33,806 nt of DNA. Origin: Promethearchaeota archaeon. GTDB lineage: Archaea > Asgardarchaeota > Lokiarchaeia > Sigyniarchaeales > SOKP01. The notes beneath the pieces were generated by a model. It ran no database searches. It saw nothing but the letters and a program-made list of their open reading frames with translations, and was not told where the DNA came from. The position numbers and the translations under genes are program-made. Positions 27,817-33,806 of the stretch are shown in pieces. Positions within the stretch are counted from its first letter, which is position 1. The number at the start of each line of letters is the position of its first letter. The DNA is taken from contig JBHLMQ010000034.1 of assembly GCA_048938005.1 (NCBI GenBank), positions 1 to 33,806 on the forward strand. Direction: 5' to 3'.

Positions 27817-28623
27817 TTATTTTAAGCCTAATATCTTGCGAGCTTCAGATGGATCAGCTGTTTCACGACCTACATGTTTGCTAATACTCATATAATTCTT
27901 AACAATTTCTGCATTATTTTTTGCTGCTACTCCTTTTCTTATAAAAGGATAATCTTCAGTACCAACCCTTATGTTTCCCCCGTGTGTAAGAACAAAAACT
28001 AAAACTTTCATTTGATCCTCTCCCATTACACTTACTGTGTGAATACAATTAGGTGGAATGTATCTTTTCCTATGCATATATTCTTCGAAATTAGCAGGAC
28101 TCCATGTTCCACCAGGCCAATTAAAAAACAATGTTAAAATATGAGGTTTTGCCCATTCTAATAATCCTTTTTTTATTAAATAATTTAAATTCCAATATGA
28201 TCCATGTTGCCAAACTTCCCATTCTGGTCGGATATTACTTTCTTTACATTTTGCACAATATTCCTCTAATTCCTCTAAAGGATGTAAAACATCTACAGTT
28301 ACTTGAGTAAAATGTTCAGCATGGTGATTTAATATAATTGACATCATATCTGGTTTGGCCTCAAAATCACCTTTTCTTTTAGGGATTGATTCACTCGACA
28401 TACCGGCTTGAATAATAACATCACACCTTTCTCGTATTTGTTTAACAGTTTCAACTTCCTCGCCTCTAGGGAGATGAATATGGACAATCGCAGCACCAGC
28501 TTCGTAACATTCTACTACATCATCTATTAATTTATCAGTGATCTGTGCCCAATTCTTAACTTCAGGATATATCCATGAATTTGCTGTAGTAGCAGTGATA
28601 ATTAATTTTTGATCTTCATTCAT
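27817..28623 (-). CDS. Beta-keto acid cleavage enzyme (BKACE/Kce, DUF849) family
   Basis: CYEAGAAIVHIH (Zn His pair), KPDMMS, RPEWEV and GGNIRVGTED. GGAGGATGA Shine-Dalgarno-like site favours ATG 28623, with 28635 as an alternative. Confidence 0.85.
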   Translation of the reverse strand: MNEDQKLIITATTANSWIYPEVKNWAQITDKLIDDVVECYEAGAAIVHIHLPRGEEVETVKQIRERCDVIIQAGMSSESIPKRKGDFEAKPDMMSIILNHHAEHFTQVTVDVLHPLEELEEYCAKCKESNIRPEWEVWQHGSYWNLNYLIKKGLLEWAKPHILTLFFNWPGGTWSPANFEEYMHRKRYIPPNCIHTVSVMGEDQMKVLVFVLTHGGNIRVGTEDYPFIRKGVAAKNNAEIVKNYMSISKHVGRETADPSEARKILGLK

Positions 28624-28648
28624 TACTTTATTCATCCTCCTGGATCTT

Positions 28649-29686
28649 TTATCTTGAAACACGTCCAGAGGTATCTCCACCCATTAATCTAAGAACCTCA
28701 TCTACCGAGACTAAATTAAAATCGCCTAAAATCGTGTGTTTTAGACAAGAAGCAGCAACAGCAAAGTTAAGTGCATTTTGAAGATCTTCTTTGTATGTGA
28801 GTAATCCATAAATTAAACCTCCCATAAAAGAATCACCTCCACCTACTCTATCAACAATCGGTGTTATCTCGTATTGAGGACCTACATACATTTTATTTCC
28901 ATTATATAAGACTGCTGACCAAGTATTATAACTCGCAGAAATTGATCCTCTAAGAGTTATTGCTACTTTTTTCAGATTTGGAAATTGTTTTACTATTTCT
29001 TCAACTACAAATTTATAATTTGCGGGATCTAACTTTCCCGTGGTAATATCTGTTTTTGGGGCTTTGATACCCAACACTTTATCAGCATCCTCTTCATTTC
29101 CAATTGCTACTTCACAATATTTAATCAATTCAGGCATAACTTCTTTGGATTCTTTTCCATATTTCCAAAGTTTACTCCGGTAATTTAAATCACATGAAAC
29201 TGTGATATTTTTTTCTTTTGCAACCTTTACAGCTTCAAGACAAATACTTGCTAAATTTTGAGAAATTGCTGGTGTAATCCCTGTCCAATGAAACCAAGTT
29301 GCTCCTTCAAATATCTTATCCCAATTAAAATCTTTAGGATCTGCTTCTGAAATAGCAGAATTGGCTCTATCATAAATAACCTTACTTGGTCGAATTGAGG
29401 ATCCCATTTCGAGATAATAAATTCCAATTCTATTCCCTCCTCTCACTATATTCTTAGTATTCACACCAAATTGTCTAAGGAACTGAATACAAGCATCACC
29501 AATTTCATTATTCGGCAATTTAGTTATATAATCAACAGGAATTCCATAATTAGCCAATGATACGGCAACATTAGCTTCACCTCCACCATATATTACATCA
29601 AAAGAACGAGTCTGGATAAAACGTTTAAAATTAGGGGGAGAAAGTCTAACCATAATTTCTCCAAAAGTTACAACTTTTCCGCTCAT
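28649..29686 (-). CDS. kdgK: 2-keto-3-deoxygluconate kinase-like PfkB sugar kinase
   Basis: VVTFGEIMVRLSPP, YGGGEANVAVSLA, YDRANSA, SCDLNYR, NEED and DRVGGGDSF motifs. Confidence 0.85.
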   Translation of the reverse strand: MSGKVVTFGEIMVRLSPPNFKRFIQTRSFDVIYGGGEANVAVSLANYGIPVDYITKLPNNEIGDACIQFLRQFGVNTKNIVRGGNRIGIYYLEMGSSIRPSKVIYDRANSAISEADPKDFNWDKIFEGATWFHWTGITPAISQNLASICLEAVKVAKEKNITVSCDLNYRSKLWKYGKESKEVMPELIKYCEVAIGNEEDADKVLGIKAPKTDITTGKLDPANYKFVVEEIVKQFPNLKKVAITLRGSISASYNTWSAVLYNGNKMYVGPQYEITPIVDRVGGGDSFMGGLIYGLLTYKEDLQNALNFAVAASCLKHTILGDFNLVSVDEVLRLMGGDTSGRVSR

Positions 29687-29821
29687 TATGAATCTCTCTC
29701 TGATGATTCTATTTTGATATTAATGGGTTTTCAAAATTTCTTTATATGTTTTAATGATATCTTGAATTATTTAAGCTTTTTTTATTTAAATTTATATAGA
29801 AAAAAATTTGAAAAAAGAGTT

Positions 29822-31756
29822 TTAGGTAATTTTAGTAATATTAACAGTATGAACGCCATCTCTTTTAGTTTTTATGAAAACTAGTTGTTCATCTTCTTTT
29901 TTATCGATTTCTCCATCTGATATCATTACTTCATACCCATTTGGGTATTGAATATTAGGTACATAAATTATTGTAGGAGCTTTTATAGAAGAATCAGCAT
30001 CAAATTCGAGATTAAATACTTTTTCTTTAAAAATGAACTCCATTTTCAGTGGTGTACCAGAGCAATGAATAAAATGGGGACGACAAAATCCTTCAATTGC
30101 TCTCCCTCCACTATTAATATCACTGAGATCTACCTGCTGATCCCTACTAAAAATAGATAGATCTTCCATATTCCAAAGATCTCCCCATTCATTATTGTTA
30201 TCAGCTGTATAGTTCCATTGAGTAGCATGCAGCAAATTAACATCTAGAGCATTATAGTACATTGTTAGTAATTTTATGTGCTTCTCCCATGCTGTTTCAG
30301 GTTCATTCCTAAATTTATGATAAGCTTCTTTTTTATTAAGATCATATGGTAATCCAAATTCCCCTATTAAAGTTGGAATTCCTCCATGAATAGATTGTGC
30401 GATACTTTTTATATTACCTAATTGCTGTATAAACATTTCTTGAACATTCTTTTTTCCAAGTACTATTTTATCAGTCACTAAATCATAACTAGTCTTTATC
30501 ATAGACCGTTTAATACCCAGAGTTCCTCCATCATACCAATGCCCAGCGTGTACTACATTTTTCGGTACATTAAAAGTTAATTTCTCTCCTCTCAATATTC
30601 GAATAGGATGTGATTCAAAAAAGATAATCGCATCAGGAATTATTTCTCTAATGTTTTTAGCATACTTCTCAAAAAAAGGTGATAAGTAGTCCTGATAGAA
30701 GTCAATTTTTCTATCTTGTTTAACTACAAAGTAATCGTTATTTTGAATAATTGGATTACCATCTTCATCGAATCCCCAGACGCCTTCTTTTTTCCATATA
30801 TCTTCAGCACTTTTGAACCAACAAGAAACTTTTCCTTTATTTAATTCATCTCTCCTTGTTTCCTTAACTCCAAGTCTTTTTACTTCTTTATACCCCACCA
30901 CTCGAGAATACCCCGATCCTGTTAAGATTGCGTCTATAGGTGTGAAAGTATAGCCTAAGTCATCGGTAAGCTTTTCAATACCAACCCCATCAACTTTTTT
31001 TTCAATCCAACCTTGTTCAGGTTCATTCATAGTATCAAAACCAATTACGTAAGGATTATCCTTAACTCGTATAGCAACCTGTTTAATTGCATTAATATAA
31101 TGTAATTGAAAATAATCTTGAGCACTCATTCCATCAATTTTACACGAGGGGGCAAAATCTTTTCCTCCGAAAAATAAAGTCCACATTGTTCCATTAGCAA
31201 ATCTAACAGCGTTACTTGACCAATGCAGATAAGGAAAAGCATTTGGATTATTTGGGTCATATCTATATTGCATTACTAAAGCAGCATCAGTTGCATCGAA
31301 CTTTGTGAAATCTAAACCTACTTTTTCAAAAGTCCATCCTGGTGCTCCATCTCCTCCACTCATCCGACTCCAAACGTCTTGATGAGGATCAATAAATGTA
31401 TAGAATTTGTATTCCGCTGAAATTTTTAGTATCTCCTCTATATAATCCAGATATTCCTTATCATATTCTTTTGGTCCTTTATGTTCAATGGCCTCCCAAG
31501 TTACGAGAAATCTTAAACAATTGAAACCCCAATGTTTTAATCGTGAAAAGTGTTCATCTGCTTCTTTTAGAGGAAATGGGCGACCAACAAAAGAAACATC
31601 TCTATGATCACTAAAATCAGTTTTAATATGCGTTGCTCCATTTGGAGAAAAAGGGATTTTTGTGCTTCCACCTAAATTCACGCCCCTCAATAATACAGTG
31701 CGTTCTTTATCATCAAGGAACCATTTATTCTTAATTTTTAACTTTAATTTCGTCAT
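29822..31756 (-). CDS. GH5 glycoside hydrolase, glucosylceramidase/steryl-beta-glucosidase-like (GH5_12-type) with C-terminal GH5_C domain
   Basis: RGVNLGG, FVGRPFPL.EADEHF.RL..WG, TWEAIEH.GP, DPHQDVWSR.SGGDGAPGWT, catalytic NEP and IGEFG, and WNYTADN. No signal peptide. Confidence 0.85.
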   Translation of the reverse strand: MTKLKLKIKNKWFLDDKERTVLLRGVNLGGSTKIPFSPNGATHIKTDFSDHRDVSFVGRPFPLKEADEHFSRLKHWGFNCLRFLVTWEAIEHKGPKEYDKEYLDYIEEILKISAEYKFYTFIDPHQDVWSRMSGGDGAPGWTFEKVGLDFTKFDATDAALVMQYRYDPNNPNAFPYLHWSSNAVRFANGTMWTLFFGGKDFAPSCKIDGMSAQDYFQLHYINAIKQVAIRVKDNPYVIGFDTMNEPEQGWIEKKVDGVGIEKLTDDLGYTFTPIDAILTGSGYSRVVGYKEVKRLGVKETRRDELNKGKVSCWFKSAEDIWKKEGVWGFDEDGNPIIQNNDYFVVKQDRKIDFYQDYLSPFFEKYAKNIREIIPDAIIFFESHPIRILRGEKLTFNVPKNVVHAGHWYDGGTLGIKRSMIKTSYDLVTDKIVLGKKNVQEMFIQQLGNIKSIAQSIHGGIPTLIGEFGLPYDLNKKEAYHKFRNEPETAWEKHIKLLTMYYNALDVNLLHATQWNYTADNNNEWGDLWNMEDLSIFSRDQQVDLSDINSGGRAIEGFCRPHFIHCSGTPLKMEFIFKEKVFNLEFDADSSIKAPTIIYVPNIQYPNGYEVMISDGEIDKKEDEQLVFIKTKRDGVHTVNITKIT

Positions 31757-31851
31757 AAAAATGTCCAGTTTATAATATTTTTCTCTTTCTAATTAATTTT
31801 AATAATTATTTTTGTTTTTTATTTTTAAAGGATTTAATTATTGCTGAAAGA

Positions 31852-33456
31852 GTGAGTGACATTCGAAATATTGCCATAATCCCTGAACCTGTATCAGTAA
31901 CCATTACATCAGGGAAGTTTAGATTAACAGAAAATACGATAATATTTACAAATCAGAAATTATTCAAATTAGGCGAGTATTTAAAGAATCTACTTTTACT
32001 GCCTACTGGATATGATTTAACCATAAAAGAAGTTAAAGAAACAATTGATAATGATAATTTTATAAATCTCAAACTAATTGATAACAAAAATAGATTGGGA
32101 TCTGAAGGTTATATTCTTGAAGTAAGTTCACAAGAGATAATTATATCAGCATCTAATCCAGAAGGTATTTTTTACGGAATCCAAACAATCAGGCAACTTC
32201 TTCCTACTGAATTGGAATGTAATAGCATTGTTGAAAATATTGATTGGGAAATTCCTTGTTTAAAAATAGAAGATTATCCCCGGTTTTCTTGGCGCGGATA
32301 TATGCTTGATGAGGCAAGGCACTTTCATGGAAAAGAGGTTGTTAAGAGAATATTAGATTTTATGCCATTGTTAAAATTAAATAAATTTCATTGGCATCTT
32401 ACAGATGATCAGGGATGGAGAATTGAAATTAAAAAATATCCTAGACTTACTGAAATTGGTTCTAAAAGAGAGGAAACACAAGTTGGTGGTCGTTTCAGTA
32501 AAAAAAGGGATGGAGTTCCCCATTCAGGATACTATTCGCAAAAGGATATTCAAGAGATTACTGAATATGCAATAGATCGATTTATTACAATAATACCTGA
32601 AATAGATATGCCAGGTCATACTAGAGCTGCTTTAGCTTCTTATCCAAATCTAAGTTGTAGAGGTTATCCTTTTAGAGTATCTACGCATTGGGGTCTTCAT
32701 AGAGATGTTATGTGTGTAGGAAAAGATGAAATTTTTGAATTTATTCAAGAAACCTTAAAAGAAATAAGAGATCTATTTCCTTCTAACATAATACACATCG
32801 GGGGGGACGAAGTACTTCTAAAAAGATGGAAAGAATGCCCAAATTGTCAATTAAGATTAGAGAAAGAAGGGTTGAAAAATGAGAAAGATCTTCAAGGCTA
32901 TTTTACTAATAGGGTAACTACATTCCTAAACTCTATTAGACAAAAAGTAATATGTTGGAATGTTAAATTAAATAAGAATCTGGACGGAGAAATAATTCTT
33001 CAATATTGGTTACGTGGAAAGAAAAATATTCGTGAGCATATAAAAAAAGGGGGAGACGTTATAATGTCAAATTTCAAATATACTTATCTTGATCATACAT
33101 ATTCTTTTACACCCTTAAAACTGGCATATAAATTTGAACCAGTTCTAAGAAAATTAGAAAAGAAATATCATAAACAAATATTAGGGTTAGAAGCACTTAT
33201 GTGGGGAGAATACATCCCAAATATTAAACGCTTAGAATGGCAGACCTTTCCACGTCTTATAGCATTTGCAGAAATTGGATGGACTCCTAAACATAAAAAA
33301 AATTATCACTCATTTCAAGAGAGATTAAATAAATTCCTTAAGAGATTAGATATAATTGGAATAAACTATGCTAATTCTAAAGAAGTTAATCCTAATGTCT
33401 TAAAAAGATTATTTAAAATATTTACTTTACCGATCGAAAAAAAAGGAGGAACTTAG
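31852..33456 (+). CDS. GH20 beta-N-acetylhexosaminidase
   Basis: DYPRFSWRGYMLDEARHF, HWHLTDDQGWR, PEIDMPGH, catalytic HIGGDE, YLD and WGE. No signal peptide, GTG start. Confidence 0.95.
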   Translation: MSDIRNIAIIPEPVSVTITSGKFRLTENTIIFTNQKLFKLGEYLKNLLLLPTGYDLTIKEVKETIDNDNFINLKLIDNKNRLGSEGYILEVSSQEIIISASNPEGIFYGIQTIRQLLPTELECNSIVENIDWEIPCLKIEDYPRFSWRGYMLDEARHFHGKEVVKRILDFMPLLKLNKFHWHLTDDQGWRIEIKKYPRLTEIGSKREETQVGGRFSKKRDGVPHSGYYSQKDIQEITEYAIDRFITIIPEIDMPGHTRAALASYPNLSCRGYPFRVSTHWGLHRDVMCVGKDEIFEFIQETLKEIRDLFPSNIIHIGGDEVLLKRWKECPNCQLRLEKEGLKNEKDLQGYFTNRVTTFLNSIRQKVICWNVKLNKNLDGEIILQYWLRGKKNIREHIKKGGDVIMSNFKYTYLDHTYSFTPLKLAYKFEPVLRKLEKKYHKQILGLEALMWGEYIPNIKRLEWQTFPRLIAFAEIGWTPKHKKNYHSFQERLNKFLKRLDIIGINYANSKEVNPNVLKRLFKIFTLPIEKKGGT

Positions 33457-33476
33457 GTTAAAATTAAATTAACATA

Positions 33477-33806
33477 TTAGACATACTCTATTGTTGCGGG
33501 TGGTTTTGGTGTCACATCGAAATATACATTAATAGTTTTAGAAAAAGTAAGTAATTTTTGTGTTAACTCTCTTAATAGATTTATAGGTAAATTTGTAACA
33601 GTTGCAGTTCTTGCATCTTTACTATTAATCGATCTAATAATAACATCAAATTTCCCTTCAGGATTACCTCCTAATTCATATAAAATCCTAGCATACCCTT
33701 TTAATTCGGAAGCCTTCTCAATTAGTTTTGCATAATCCCAATCTCCTTTTTCACATAAAGGAACCTCGTAAATTCGCTTCCCATTAACTAATCCAGTAAC
33801 TTTTTT
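33477..33806 (-). CDS. guaA: GMP synthase (ATP pyrophosphatase/dimerisation) C-terminal part, runs off the window
   Basis: Not in the ORF track. Manual translation gives KKVTGLVNGKRIYE...IIRSINSKDARTA...VYFDVTPKPPATIEYV*, matching the GMP synthase C-terminal KPPATIE signature. Confidence 0.8.
   Translation of the reverse strand, partial: KKVTGLVNGKRIYEVPLCEKGDWDYAKLIEKASELKGYARILYELGGNPEGKFDVIIRSINSKDARTATVTNLPINLLRELTQKLLTFSKTINVYFDVTPKPPATIEYV

Noticed and set aside
1-33806. CRISPR arrays, tRNA/rRNA genes, IS elements, defence systems
   Set aside because: I saw no regularly spaced repeats, GC-rich structured RNA segments, transposase or integrase motifs, or nuclease motifs. Intergenic gaps are short and AT-rich.

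Overview
AT-rich, gene-dense archaeal-style DNA with oligo-T terminators, TATA-like boxes, GGTGA Shine-Dalgarno sites and many TTG/GTG starts. Gene content and style most resemble an Asgard (Lokiarchaeia-like) archaeon, which is an inference. The left part holds two tandem paralogous secreted HExxH metalloproteases (immune inhibitor A/M6-M30-like), each followed by a decayed remnant of the same QW-repeat alpha/alpha-toroid gene. Next come an IF-2B-family gene, a membrane M28 peptidase, and a 2-oxoacid:ferredoxin oxidoreductase operon (gamma-delta fusion, alpha, beta). The beta subunit is circularly permuted, with the break inside the TPP-binding motif. The middle and right form a roughly 22-kb catabolic island: ECF transporter plus GH172, alpha/beta hydrolase, GPH symporter, FucI-like isomerase, DMT/NIPA-like transporter, PIG-L deacetylase, SCP2 lipid carrier, M24 hydrolase, two Gfo/Idh/MocA and two SDR dehydrogenases, racemase, BKACE (DUF849), KdgK, a GH5 glycolipid-hydrolase-like enzyme and GH20. 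The window ends in the 3' part of a GMP synthase gene. I found no rRNA, tRNA, CRISPR array or mobile element. All family calls come from motif recognition by eye, with no database search.
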